Assembly (NCBI GenBank): GCA_964016885.1
Contig: OZ024753.1
Coordinates: 39,370,001 to 39,434,000 of the forward strand
Length of the DNA: 64,000 bases
From: Eledone cirrhosa
Lineage: Eukaryota
Direction of reading: 5' to 3'
Positions 1 to 14,920 of this stretch are shown here, piece by piece (the stretch's first letter is position 1; the number at the start of each line of letters is the position of its first letter). The notes below the pieces were generated by a model. The model searched no databases. It saw nothing but the letters and a program-made list of their open reading frames with translations, and was not told the DNA's origin. The translations under genes and the position numbers were made by a program.

Positions 1-376
1 TTGCATGAGAATGTATATATATATATATGTGTGTGTATGTGTGTATGTGTGTATGTGTGTATGTTTGTGTGTGTGTGTGTGCACGTATCGACTTGCATAA
101 GAATGTATATATATATATATGCATATAAATGTATATGTATGCATGGACTTACGTGCGTCTATATAAATGGGTTTGTGTATGCACACTTCCATATAGAAGA
201 TGTGTGCATAAGCGTATATATATATATATATGTATATATGTATATATGCGCCCGAGCGTGTGTGTTTGTGTGTGTGTATGTGTGTATATATATATACATA
301 TATATAAATTCTCACATCACACACATATATACGCACACACATCAAAAAATATAGATAGACATATAGATAGATAGAT

Positions 377-795
377 ATGTTTCTTTTATTTGCCACCAGG
401 GCATCAAAAGTGGGACAAGTACAAAGGGGGGAGTTTACACAAAAAGGCGTCCTGAATAAGGAGGAGGCAGTAACAATGTATAAAAATAAAATATAACAAA
501 AAATAAAATTTATAACAAAATCCTCAATAGAGAGGAGGCGCCTTGGGGGGTCGCACACACCCCCGAAAAAAGTGTGCAACCCTTTTCCTCAGGAGCACAG
601 AGAGGGGGTGCTCCCTCGTTCCTTACTCTTTTCCCCCTACAGGCTTATGTAAAGAGAAGGCCCATTCACACGGGCCATTCTCGCCACTTTCACCCACCTT
701 TCATAGAAACGACTGGGGTGGAGCACCTCTCTCTCCATCCTGATCCTTCTTCCGAAATGATATCGGAAGAAACGGACCAGTTGTTGGCCAGAGAG
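377..795 (-). mobile_element. 5'-truncated L1/Tx1-type non-LTR retrotransposon 3' end in (GATA)n, copy 1
   Basis: Minus-strand C-terminal ORF fragment [52 protein letters not shown] (stop 637-639), then a 3' UTR with AATAAA running into (TATC)n. GATA repeats flank both sides. Confidence 0.7.
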
Positions 796-819
796 ATAGA
801 TAGATAGATAGATAGATAT

Positions 820-898
<79 letters not shown>

Positions 899-911
899 TA
901 TAGATAGATAT

Positions 912-942
<31 letters not shown>

Positions 943-943
943 T

Positions 944-1398
944 ATTTCTTTATTAGCCACAGGGGCACAAAAGAAGGGGACAAATACAAAGGGGGAAGTT
1001 TACATACAATAAAAACGTGTAAAATGTTATCACAGATGGAATTTAAAAGTTAGTCGATTTTCCCCAATAGAGGGAGACAGTTTATATGGGTAACACAGAC
1101 CCCCGAAAAAAATGTGCAACCCTCATCTCCAGGAGTACGAAGAGCTTGTACTCCTTTCCTCTCCTCCTTCTTTTCCTCAACCTACAGGCTGATATAGAGA
1201 GAAGGCCCATTCACTCGGGCCATTCTCGCCACTTTCACCCACCTTTCATAAAACTTGCTGGGGTACAGCACCTCTCTCTCCATCCTGATTCTTCTTCCAA
1301 AGTGGTATTTGAAAAAAAGAGATAGATAGACTAGATTTTCCGACTGCGCCAACCTGGACTTGGGCAAATCGTAGCGGATCATCTAGGTCGTGTAACAC
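944..1398 (-). mobile_element. 5'-truncated L1/Tx1-type retrotransposon 3' end in (GATA)n, copy 2
   Basis: Near-identical peptide [44 protein letters not shown] (stop at 1182), and the same type of 3' terminus (GCCCCTGTGGCTAATAAAGAAA followed by (TATC)n). Confidence 0.7.
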
Positions 1399-1468
<70 letters not shown>

Positions 1469-1538
1469 GGAGAGAAGTATATTCCTATAGATTCAGGGAC
1501 AGACAAACACACTTATGTATATGTGTATGTGAACACAC

Positions 1539-1745
1539 GTGGCTTTCTAATAAGGGTATTGGGCTCACGCTTGAAATGTCGTGAGTTCGATTCCCACGGC
1601 GCGTTGTGTCCTTGTTCGAGACATTTTATATCACTTTGTCCATTCAACTGGCAAAAAGGAGTTGTATCTGTAATTCGAACGGCCAGCCTTGTCACATTCC
1701 GATCCATGGTGAATCTTCCTGAGAACGCCGTTAAAGGTACACGTT
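1539..1745 (+). mobile_element. tRNA-derived SINE
   Basis: B-box GAGTTCGATTCC followed by the conserved body GTTGTGTCCTTG. The 3' part matches the inverted remnants at 59875-60365. Confidence 0.7.
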
Positions 1746-2052
<307 letters not shown>

Positions 2053-2126
2053 AGTAAGGTTGCTTGGATATAGGCGGTATGCTGGCTGAGCACTATGAAA
2101 AAAGGATTTGCTTCGAAATCACTAGA

Positions 2127-2217
2127 TGTATCTGAGGAACTTGCGAATCCAGAGTCAGGTTTGATCCACAAACAGATCGCACTTCGAGCTGTTCGCCGGA
2201 GAAACAATTGTAATACG
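2127..2217 (+). ncRNA. Type I hammerhead ribozyme with extended stem II, in a TA-flanked element (2049-2262)
   Basis: TGTAT-CTGAGGA-[62 nt with GCGAA/TTCGC]-GAAAC-AATT-GTA-ATACG. Stem III ACAATTGT is palindromic. Homologous to 36304-36394 with compensatory stem changes. Confidence 0.65.
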
Positions 2218-2259
2218 TAATAAATTGTGTACCGATGCATCACCGATTCTTCGTTTTCC

Positions 2260-2299
<40 letters not shown>

Positions 2300-2427
2300 T
2301 ATGCTTTGAAACACTGAGCAAGTTTGAAATTAGAAAATAGAATAGCTTTCACCGTATTTTTGACTCAAGAAATTTTAGTCTGATAATGGGGTTTAGAACC
2401 CTCAGATAAATGGAAAAAGATGAATAT

Positions 2428-2499
2428 TGATGTACATGGGAGTCGAACCCACATCTTTGGTTATCCAGACCACTGTGCTACCATTTACACCAACACATC
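2428..2499 (-). pseudogene. tRNA-like cloverleaf (pseudo-tRNA or SINE head), anticodon position GGA
   Basis: Acceptor GATGTGT/GTACATC, A-box TGGTGTAAATGG, anticodon arm TGGT-CTGGATA-ACCA, T-arm GTGGG-TTCGACT-CCCAT. Atypical T37 and a short variable arm. Confidence 0.55.
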
Positions 2500-2823
2500 A
2501 CCCACAATATATATATATGACCTGCAGTTGGTGTTTCTAAGAGATCTTCTTAACCTTCCAGCATTTGCACCACTCCACATATTCCACCATATTTTCACAG
2601 TAAAGGGTCCATCCTATCCTACATAATTATCTCACGCATTTTCTACTCTATTTTTTCCTTTTTACTATTTATTTATGATGTCAACATGAAGGTATTTTTA
2701 TCTAAAGACATTTTTAGACTAGCGTCCGAAACGTTAAGACCCTCTTCCTGCTATATCAAGCGTTAACCTAATATATCCCTTCCATATACTGTACCGATTG
2801 CGTTGTTATTTCTCTTTACCTTT

Positions 2824-2859
<36 letters not shown>

Positions 2860-2862
<3 letters not shown>

Positions 2863-3076
2863 GTTTCTAATTTAGGCACAAGGCCAGCAATTTTTTTAAG
2901 GGGAAGGAAAAGTCGAATAAATCGACCTCAGTGCATTACTGGTACTTTATTTTATCGACCCCCGTAAGGATGAAAGGCAAAGTTAACCTAGGCGGGATTT
3001 GAACTCATAATGGCAAGGGCGTAACTCTACGCGTCAAAGCATGGCGTCCGACCCTCTACCGATACTGCGAATCCAT
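2860..3076 (-). mobile_element. Octopus-type tRNA-derived SINE (Nin/Deu-like core)
   Basis: GAGTTCAAATCC B-box followed by TTTGCCTTTCATCCTT..GGGGTCGATAAAATAAAGTACCAG and the tail GCTGGCCTTGTGCC; multiple copies in the window. Confidence 0.85.
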
Positions 3077-3565
3077 ATAATAGTAATAACAATAAATGTA
3101 AAAACTAAAGGAGAAATATATATCAAATATATAAAAACCGTAGAGCAAATATTTATTAAAATAACAGATTAAAGTTTAAGCATATATATATTACATATAG
3201 ACCGGGTCTGTCGGCAGTCATTGGGTTGATTTGTCCACTGTGTGTTAGATATCTTCCCCCAGTTTCACAGATGATCATGTGATACAACAGCAAGGAAATT
3301 TTGGCATATTTATTTATCCAGTAAGGTATTTACATATACTAAATTTCAAGTTGGTCATCTCTCACGTCTTATTGTAGTATTCTATAGAGTTACCTCATGT
3401 ACACCTGGTGGTGAGTTTCTATTCTCGAAGTAGATTCAGTTACAGCTTTTTTCTGTCACATTTATAGTGTAAAAATGAACAAGTTTATCATTAAAAAAAT
3501 CCTTAACCGTTATATCATACACACACACACACACAGACACACACAAATATATGTGTGTATGTATA

Positions 3566-3636
<71 letters not shown>

Positions 3637-3685
3637 AAATGTATGTATATATGTATTTATGTATGTATATATATAATTATATATA

Positions 3686-3756
<71 letters not shown>

Positions 3757-3893
3757 TATATATATATATATAATTATATATATATATTTACATATATATA
3801 TTTATATATATATTTATATATATATATATTTATATATATATATACATATATAAATAAATATATATATATACATATATATACATATATATATAA

Positions 3894-3944
<51 letters not shown>

Positions 3945-3994
3945 AATATATATAAATATATATACATATATATATATATTTATATATATTATAT

Positions 3995-4027
<33 letters not shown>

Positions 4028-4064
4028 AAATATATATATATATGTATATATATTTATATATATT

Positions 4065-4097
<33 letters not shown>

Positions 4098-4215
4098 ATA
4101 TTTATATATATATTTATATATATATGTATATATATGTATATATATATATTTATTTATATATGTATATATATATATATAAATATATATTATATATGTATAT
4201 ATATTTATATATATT

Positions 4216-4248
<33 letters not shown>

Positions 4249-4371
4249 ATATTTATATATATATTTGTAGAGGCAAGTGTCTGTGTGATATACTTAAAGA
4301 TAACGAGAGCGAGAGAGAGAGATGTAGAGAGAGAGAGAGAGCGAGAGAGAGAGAGAGAGAGAGAGAGTGAG

Positions 4372-4490
<119 letters not shown>

Positions 4491-4829
4491 AGTGGAAGAA
4501 ATGGCGGGGGTGGCAGTCAACATATTCAACATAATTTATACCAAAATATGAAGGAAGATATAATTCCATAGTCTACAGTCCTCCATAGGCGTTCATGCGG
4601 GGAAATATTTCTGTGCAATGGATCTGGAGACGATGTTACTTGTAACAGTTGTTTTTGGTCAGTACTTCGAAAAGGGGAAGAATCGGCTCCCAGCGAAGGA
4701 ATACTAATGCCATTGCCTCTTAGAGTATGTACAGGGTATTTCTCCAGCGCATTCATTCATAAATCTAACCATACATACATATATATACATATATGTCTTT
4801 ATATGTACATACATATGTGGTTACATATT

Positions 4830-4875
<46 letters not shown>

Positions 4876-5100
4876 CATATATATATGTATATATCTATAT
4901 GTGTGTGGCTTGATATATAAATATATATATATGTGTGTGTGTGTGTGTTTGTGATTTGATATATAAATATACATATATATATATATAGATATTTAGTTTT
5001 ATATATATATATGTATATATACATATATATATATAAAACTAAATATCTATATATATATATGTATAATTATATATCAAATCACACACACACACATGCGTAT

Positions 5101-5132
<32 letters not shown>

Positions 5133-5138
5133 ATATAT

Positions 5139-5169
<31 letters not shown>

Positions 5170-5789
5170 TCATACAATCATACATCACACACATAAACAA
5201 ATACACATTAAATATATATGTGTGTGTGTGTGTGTGTGTTATGTGTGTATATGTGTACATGTATTAATTGTAAAAATGAATATAGCTATGTACGCCTGTA
5301 TATTTAAATATATGCACATTCACACGAGAACGAACACACATATGCATGCACATACACACAAGCACACACACAATCACATATATATAGAAACAGACATGCA
5401 TACATACATGCATCCATATATACGTAAAGTCCATACATATATACATACATTATACATATAAATATAATATATATATAGATGTGTATGTATGTGTGTACGT
5501 ATATATGTATCTATATATGCATATATATGTGTATGTGTGTGTGTGTATATATGTATCTATATGTGTATCTATATGTGTATATATTATATATATATGTGTG
5601 TGTTATGTATGTATAATTCACCAAAATACCCTTATTGCACCCTTATGCAAATATGTAAATCTTAATTTACATATTTGCATAATTTTGCTTTTAAGGAATT
5701 TTGAACACCATATCGTTTACAGAAGTGAAGAGAAAGAGATGGCAGAGGTAAAAAATCAAGTGTGTGTGTGTGAGGGGGGGGGGGGGGTG

Positions 5790-5841
<52 letters not shown>

Positions 5842-5912
5842 GAGAGAGAGAGAGAGAACTAGAAGCATCTTGGTGGAGGTAGAGAGAAGGTACGAGAGAA
5901 GTTTAGGCAAAT

Positions 5913-5957
<45 letters not shown>

Positions 5958-5958
5958 T

Positions 5959-6012
<54 letters not shown>

Positions 6013-6053
6013 GATATGTTTCTTTATTAGCCACAGGGGCACAAAAAGAAGGG
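6013..6053 (-). mobile_element. Extreme 3' tip of the same L1/Tx1-type family in (GATA)n
   Basis: TTTCTTTATTAGCCACAGGGGCACAAAA matches 945-972. Confidence 0.65.
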
Positions 6054-6105
6054 ATAGATAGATAGACAGAGAGGCAGACAAAAGAAGACAGACGTGACTA
6101 ACAGT

Positions 6106-6171
<66 letters not shown>

Positions 6172-6594
6172 TGATAGATAGATAGAACAACGAGTGAGAG
6201 AAAGTAAAAATGAAAAAAGTAAAGAAAAACATAAATAAATAAAAGCAGTGCAAGCGGTACAATATATTGGCGACATAACCATATATATTTAAATCAATTA
6301 GTTACTGTATTCTTATGCTTTTAGGATATTTTAGTCGACATAAGAAAAAAATTATCTAGTTCTGTTTGCAAAAGTATGTGTCTGTGTGTGTGTTTGTGAG
6401 AGCGCATGCTTATGCTGGGTCTTCGTAGGTTACGACGATGAGTGGTGATTTTGTGTTGTATTTCAGAGGCAAACTGTTATGTAGAATTCAGATCCAGAAA
6501 ATACAGCATCTTTCATCTTGCCACGTTAATGTATATATATAATATATATATATATATTTAATTAGAAAGTGGACAACTCAATATAATAACTATT

Positions 6595-6640
6595 CCATTA
6601 CCGAAGGTTTCAGGACCCTAGACGTCGTTCACCAGACATG
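6595..6640 (-). ncRNA. Degenerate hammerhead motif in a TA-flanked island
   Basis: CTGGTGA (one core mismatch)-stem II-GAAAC-CTTCG-GTA; stem I is weak or truncated. Confidence 0.4.
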
Positions 6641-6670
6641 TATATATATATATATAATATATATAATATA

Positions 6671-6718
<48 letters not shown>

Positions 6719-6727
6719 TATATATAA

Positions 6728-6936
6728 TAACGAAGGAAAATGTGGTAAGGAACCAGGTGGACCATAACGCACCAAAGTACTCAATACTTAGGGTAGTAGA
6801 GTGGGTAATAGGAACGAGTAGGACCCCGACGGCAGAGCTGAAACCGTTTCGACGGCTAGTTCTGGACTCTAATTCTGGTCCAGAATTAGCCGACGAAACG
6901 GCTTCAGCTCAGCCGTCGGGGTCCTACTCGTTCCTA
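6728..6936 (-). mobile_element. Family A PLE-like terminal fragment with fold-back palindrome (arms 6809-6936), in (TA)n
   Basis: Unique ~80-nt tail plus inverted arms of ~60 bp each, carrying the HHR 3' half CGAAAC-GGCT..AGCC-GTC-GGGG. Confidence 0.8.
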
Positions 6937-7115
6937 TATATATATATATATATATATTGGAATAAATGCTCTGAAATAGCGATATATATGTGAATATAGA
7001 CATAGAATATTCGAAAATATTCTGGTATGTTTATAATAAACATTTTGAAGACCTAATCGCTATAGAATAGAATACGTCACGTATTACAATTAGATTCTCG
7101 ATAAAAGCAAGGGAA

Positions 7116-7158
7116 GTAATCTACGCGTTTCATTCTTGTTAGAAATCATCAGGACTAC
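7116..7158 (-). ncRNA. Minimal type I hammerhead ribozyme
   Basis: GTAGTC-CTGATGA-TTTCTAACAAGAAT-GAAAC-GC-GTA-GATTAC. Stem III ACGCGT is palindromic; GUA cleavage triplet. Confidence 0.88.
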
Positions 7159-7426
7159 ATATCCAGTGCTTTTATCGAGAATGACACAGCTAGAGACTTA
7201 TAGAATACTTAGCTGTGTACAGGAACTGGTTTGAAAGAGCGGTTGCCGGGTCCGGCAGAAATTAGAAATTGGAATAAATGCTCTGAAATAGCGATATATA
7301 TGTGAATATAGACATATAATATTCGAAAATATTCTGTATGTTTATAATAAACATTTTGAAGACCTAATCGCTATAGAATAGAATACGTCACGTATTACAA
7401 TTAGATTCTCGATAAAAGCAAGGGAA

Positions 7427-7469
7427 GTAATCTACGCGTTTCATTCTTGTTAGAAATCATCAGGACTAC
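7427..7469 (-). ncRNA. Minimal type I hammerhead ribozyme (second repeat unit)
   Basis: Identical to 7116-7158. Confidence 0.88.
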
Positions 7470-8212
7470 ATATCCAGTGCTTTTATCGAGAATGACACAG
7501 CTAGAGACTTATAGAATACTTAGCTGTGTACAGGAACTGGTTTGAAAGAGCGGTTGCCGGTCCGGCAGAAATTAGAAATTGGAATAAATGCTCTGAAATA
7601 GCGATATATATGTGAATATAGACATAGAATATTCGAAAATATTCTGTATTCTATTCTATAGCGATTAGGTTCTTCAAAAATGTTTATTATAAACATACAG
7701 AATATTTTCGAATATATAATATATATATATATATATAATATATAGTATATATATATATATAGGTGAATGAAATTGGGGTATAATATCAGTTTCTTACCAT
7801 ATGCGAAGAAGCTCCATATATTAAACCCATTAAGTTCGGAAACAGCCTAATTTTTTAAAATTATACATACATACATACATATATATATATAATATATATA
7901 TATGCATATATGTATATATAATATATATATATATATATATAAATGGAAAAAATGAAACGAAATTTCATTTCTCACTCTTAGTACGGCTGTTACTTAAATA
8001 TAAGTATGTATACGTACATACATATATGTATACAGACGTACAGTAGTATGTATATATATACATACATGCACACATATATATATATATGTACGTATGGATT
8101 TACCGACCATTTTATTATAATGCTCGTTTTTTTCGTAAACAAACATCCCGAATTAAGCCGTACAGTGTTTAGCAATCATCGTTGCCCTTTTGTTCAACAC
8201 TGACAAAGGGAA

Positions 8213-8253
8213 CGATGTACTAGTTTCAAGCCTATTAGCTATCGTCAGCACCG
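8213..8253 (-). ncRNA. Minimal type I hammerhead ribozyme
   Basis: CGGTG-CTGACGA-TAGCTAATAGGCTT-GAAAC-TA-GTA-CATCG; palindromic stem III ACTAGT. Confidence 0.8.
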
Positions 8254-8329
8254 ATAGCTAATAATTTACAAACAAACCAAGCATTATAATACATACTTTT
8301 ATATATATAATATATATATATATATATAT

Positions 8330-8538
8330 TAGGAACCAGTAAGACCCCGACAGCTGAGCTCAAGCCGTTTTCGACGGCTAATTCTGGACCAGAATTCTGG
8401 TCCAGAATTAGCCGTCGAAACGGCTTGAGCTCAGCTGTCGGGGTCTTACTGGTTCCTATTACCCACTCTACTACCTCAAGTATTGAGTACTTTGGTGCGT
8501 TATGGTCCACCTGGTTCCTTACCACATTTCCTTCGTTA
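8330..8538 (+). mobile_element. Family A element with fold-back palindrome, in (TA)n
   Basis: Inverted copy of the 6728-6936 family; arms 8330-8458 centred on CCAGAATTCTGG. Confidence 0.8.
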
Positions 8539-9608
8539 TATATATATATATATATATAAGCTTTCGTTATGTGAAATCTCCCCATTTTGCCTCATTTCTC
8601 CCCGTTTTGGGGCACTCTTTTTCATGGTACTCCCCGTTTGGGTTATTAGTGGTTGCCAGGTCTGCTTTCTACCAGGAGTTGTGACCGGCAGACAGTATCA
8701 ACATTATTGTTTTCTTTGTCCAATTGACGTTTTCTTTTCTCTTTTATTTAGTTTTCTTTTCTTTTTTCTTGATGTGTTATTTCTATTACACTCCTCCTCC
8801 GAAAATGTCTGATGTCGTGCTTAAGATAGAAAGCATTATTAACCTCCTTGAACAAAGAATTCCTTTTGTTGAAGTCTAGCCTTTCTCTGAGATGATGTCT
8901 GGGGTATGAAACATGCTAAAGATATTACAATTGTTGCATCTTTGCATCTTTGCATCTTCTTATTGTTCTGTTTGTTGCTGTTGTTCTGGTTGTGGTTCTA
9001 TTGGCGGTGCTTTTGTTTTAGCCCTCTTTTGTATTTCTAGTGTGATAATGTTGGTTGGTTGCGGTTGGGTTGAATTGTTGAGAGACTGAAAGAGAAATGC
9101 GTGTGCATCTATTAATGTCAAACTTAAATAAATAGTCGATCACTCACAATCTAAAATACATTGATTTTAAACGTATTTCTCGTTCTAGATGTTAAATCAC
9201 ACAAACATTTTTTTTTTTGTTCTTTTTAGGATATTGTTCGACCTCAGAACAACATATTCCACCATGTATTTCTGGATTCAATGAGATGGAAATGTGGCCT
9301 ACCTTCATGTCTGTGAACAATGGCTTAAGGAAGAAGCAAGATAATTCGTAACATTTGTAATAATAGCTCGTAAACATGATATACAGCCATTTAGATTGTA
9401 GAGAGAAAAGGTGAAATCTGAAAATAAAAATCAACTTGAAATGAGTCGATCAAACATTTGACTTAATAAACAAAGGAACAATGGCCGACACATAACATTT
9501 AAGAATTCAATTGATGAATAACGTTAACAGCTAAAATATGCATCTGATATCTTGTATGTTGGACTTCCGTCATTTGCGACGAAGAGAGGAGTGCTCCAGT
9601 TGATTTAA

Positions 9609-9827
9609 CCCTTTAGCATTTAAACCGGCCATATCCGGCCAGAATTCTCTTACGTCTTTCTGTTCAAACCGGCCATAAATGAACACTTATACTGATGTTA
9701 AGGTATTGTTCACAAAATAAATAATATGAAAATCTCATAGATTCAATATTATGAGATAATTATGTGAAGTAAAGTGTTTACCATGAAAATACAATTGTAA
9801 ATATAAAGTAATTTAAATGCTAAAGGG
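9609..9827. mobile_element. Non-autonomous piggyBac-type MITE
   Basis: TIRs CCCTTTAGCATTTAAA / TTTAAATGCTAAAGGG flanked by a TTAA duplication; it interrupts an older SINE remnant. Confidence 0.85.
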
Positions 9828-9959
9828 TTAATCACTGGACCCCGCCGCTCATGAAATTAACATTTTAGTGCCATACTTGTCAACTCTCCCAACTTCATTT
9901 CAAGTTGAATTTTTATATTTTCAGATTTCAACCCTATTGATCTTTCTCAATCACTAAAT

Positions 9960-10101
9960 TCGTTTCTAATATAGTCACAAGGCCAGCAATCCTGTGAGGA
10001 GAGGAAAGTCAATTATATCGACCGCAGTGACTGACTGGTACTTTATTTTATCGACCACGGAATGATGAAAGGAAATATTGACCTTCCTGGATTTGAACTC
10101 A
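9960..10101 (-). mobile_element. Partial octopus-type SINE
   Basis: ACTGGTACTTTATTTTATCGACC core, as at 2860-3076. Confidence 0.7.
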
Positions 10102-10197
10102 ATAATTGGTTTTAAAGTGTTAATTTAAATATATTTCCAAGAAAATAAATAAATGTATTCTAAATATTGTTTAGAACGGTTTTGTATTTAGTAAGAT

Positions 10198-10292
<95 letters not shown>

Positions 10293-10441
10293 GGCGTGTA
10301 TATGAGTGTGTGTGTGAATGTGTAAGGTCCGTTTTTGTATTTGTGTGATTGTGTTTGCATGAGTCACTGTAGTTTTGTTTATGTGTATGATAGTGCGAGG
10401 TTCCATATGTGTGTATATTTTGTGCATGTGAGTGTGAGTGT

Positions 10442-10527
<86 letters not shown>

Positions 10528-10681
10528 TTATAGAGTCGCGTGTGTGCGTGAGAATATGTTGCATACTGTAACATATTGAATGAAAATATTCCTTAATTTC
10601 ATTTATAACAGATAAACCTCTTTAATCTTTCTAAATCAATCAAGTTATCGACCAGTCGACCTATCTATCTATCTATCTAAC

Positions 10682-10804
<123 letters not shown>

Positions 10805-10868
10805 CTATCTACCTTCATTTTTTTTTATTATGTATTCATCTGCCTTTCTCTACATCCCAATTTTACAT

Positions 10869-10916
<48 letters not shown>

Positions 10917-10980
10917 CTCTACATCCAAATGTTATATATATACATACACACATATATATATATACATATATATATGTATG

Positions 10981-11014
<34 letters not shown>

Positions 11015-11787
11015 TATATATATATATACGTGTGTGTGTATGTATGTATGTATTGCGTTTATGCGTGTGTGTATGCATTTATATGTATATAAGTATATTA
11101 AGTACATACATACGCATGTATATATATATATCCACAGTCAAAATAAAATAATGTAGTCACTTCTCAAGAAAAAGTAGTAGATCACTAACATAAAATCACA
11201 CATACACATACACAAACACACAAATGCATGCGCGTACATAAATATCTAACAAATCGTTTGTTTGTTTGTTTTTTTTATTTTAATCGTCACAAGATTTTAA
11301 ACATTGCAGACATTATTTAGAGAAAGAGCGTCGACAGAAATAACCTCAAAATCAGTAACATATGCACCACTAACATTACAACCAGCGTCAATACGTAAAA
11401 AGTCATAAGTCCACTCGTATTTCAATATTTCTATAATGTCCAACCTTTTTATAAGACAATGATGTTTTACTAATGGTTTTTTGGTTGTTGTTGTTGTTAT
11501 TGCTGTCGCTGTTGTTGTTGTTGTTGTTTAATTCTGTTGTTGTTTTTTTGTAGTTGTTGGGTTTTTTGTTGATTTTTTTTTTTTTGGGTTATTTTTGCAG
11601 TCTGTCGAATGAACCTCGTCTATATTTCTGTTGTTTTTATATTGTGTTTTTAAGAGTGAGACACATAATCACATCTGGTGAAGCCATTACTTAAAGCTGA
11701 GGCCGTCACCAACACATCACATCAGATCATTCTACTAAAAAAAAAAGTAATTATTTAATAAAGACAAAATAACTTCATCTGTATGTA

Positions 11788-11837
<50 letters not shown>

Positions 11838-11877
11838 TATATATTATATATATGCATGTCTCTTTCTCTCTCTCTGC

Positions 11878-11912
<35 letters not shown>

Positions 11913-12089
11913 TATAGATATGAGAGAGAGGGGGAGATAGGTGGGGAGAGAAAAGGAGATCAAGAGAGGGGGAGAGAGATAGTAGCAAGGGATGGTGGGA
12001 GAAGGGTGAGTGAGATAGGCAGAGATGGAGTGAGGGAGAGAGAACGAGAGAGAGTGAGAGAAAGAGAGAGAGTGAGAGACAGGGAGGAC

Positions 12090-12159
<70 letters not shown>

Positions 12160-12522
12160 AAAATATGTCTTCGTTTATAATTTTGTCTTTTTTCTGTTTT
12201 CTTACTTTTCTTACTATTGTTTTTCTATTTTGTTTTTATTTAGTTTTTATTTAGTTTTTATTTAGTTTTTATTTAGTTTTTATCCTCCTGTTATTTTTTT
12301 TAGCTTCTTTCTCTCTTAATCTTTTAATTTCCGTTGGACCTTTTCTTGTCGAAAGACCCTCCTTTCATATCGCTTTATGTTGGCTATCCTACCTTGTGTC
12401 TTCTTCTTCTTCTTCTTCTTCTTCTTCTTCTTCTTCTTCTTCTTCTTCTTCTTCTTCTAATGTTGCGGCTGTCATCATCACCACCACCATCATCATGATC
12501 ATGATCATCACCATCATCATCG

Positions 12523-12560
<38 letters not shown>

Positions 12561-12568
12561 GTCGTCGT

Positions 12569-12599
<31 letters not shown>

Positions 12600-12666
12600 A
12601 GCAGCAACATCAACAACAACATCACCACCACCAACAACAACGGCAACATAAGCAACAACGACATGA

Positions 12667-12697
<31 letters not shown>

Positions 12698-13078
12698 CTT
12701 CTTCTTCTTCTTCTTCTTCTTCCATCTGGTGTTTTCATGTGTGTCTGTATGTGAGTGTGTCTTTCATCTTTCTTCACGGATTTGTGTGTATGTTTGAGCA
12801 TGTGTGTATGTATGTGTACGAGCGTGTATATATATATATATATATGCGTGTGTGTGTCTGTGTCTGTATGTGTATGTGGTTGGTAATTTTTTTCTGCTTT
12901 ATTTTCCATAAAACCTTCTTGGTGGCATTAAAAAGCAACTGGGACATGAAGCAGTGGAGCGACGGGGTGTTGTGTTGATGTGGCCACGTTGAAACCAAAA
13001 CAACAATTCCTCTTCTGCATTCACCCATCCCAAGCTCGACCTATCTCACCCTATATAACAAGAAAAGGCACACGCACA

Positions 13079-13222
<144 letters not shown>

Positions 13223-13266
13223 ATATATATGTATGCCTGTATGTTTGTATATATATATATATATAT

Positions 13267-13310
<44 letters not shown>

Positions 13311-13335
13311 ATATATATATATACAAACATACAGG

Positions 13336-14920
<1,585 letters not shown>

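Larger units (their letters stand above)
6957..7715 (-). mobile_element. Tandem ~311-bp retrozyme-like array (about 2.2 units) with an inverted terminal segment (7646-7715), in (TA)n
   Basis: Near-identical units start at ~6959, 7271 and 7581. Each full unit has one HHR and several internal inverted repeats. Confidence 0.85.

Noticed and set aside
2698-2745. HHR-like CTAAAGA..CGAAACGTTA
   Set aside because: Core mismatch and no stem I or II pairing, although the island is a TA-flanked repeat (tail shared with 40655-40738).
4526-4756. 76-aa non-repetitive ORF
   Set aside because: Short, with no recognisable motif.
8880-8925. HHR-like CTGAGATGA..GAAACATGCTA
   Set aside because: Insertion in the core and a defective stem III; at best heavily decayed.
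9229-9421. Possible host exon on either strand
   Set aside because: Splice-like signals exist on both strands, but there is no recognisable peptide; cannot be supported without RNA-seq.
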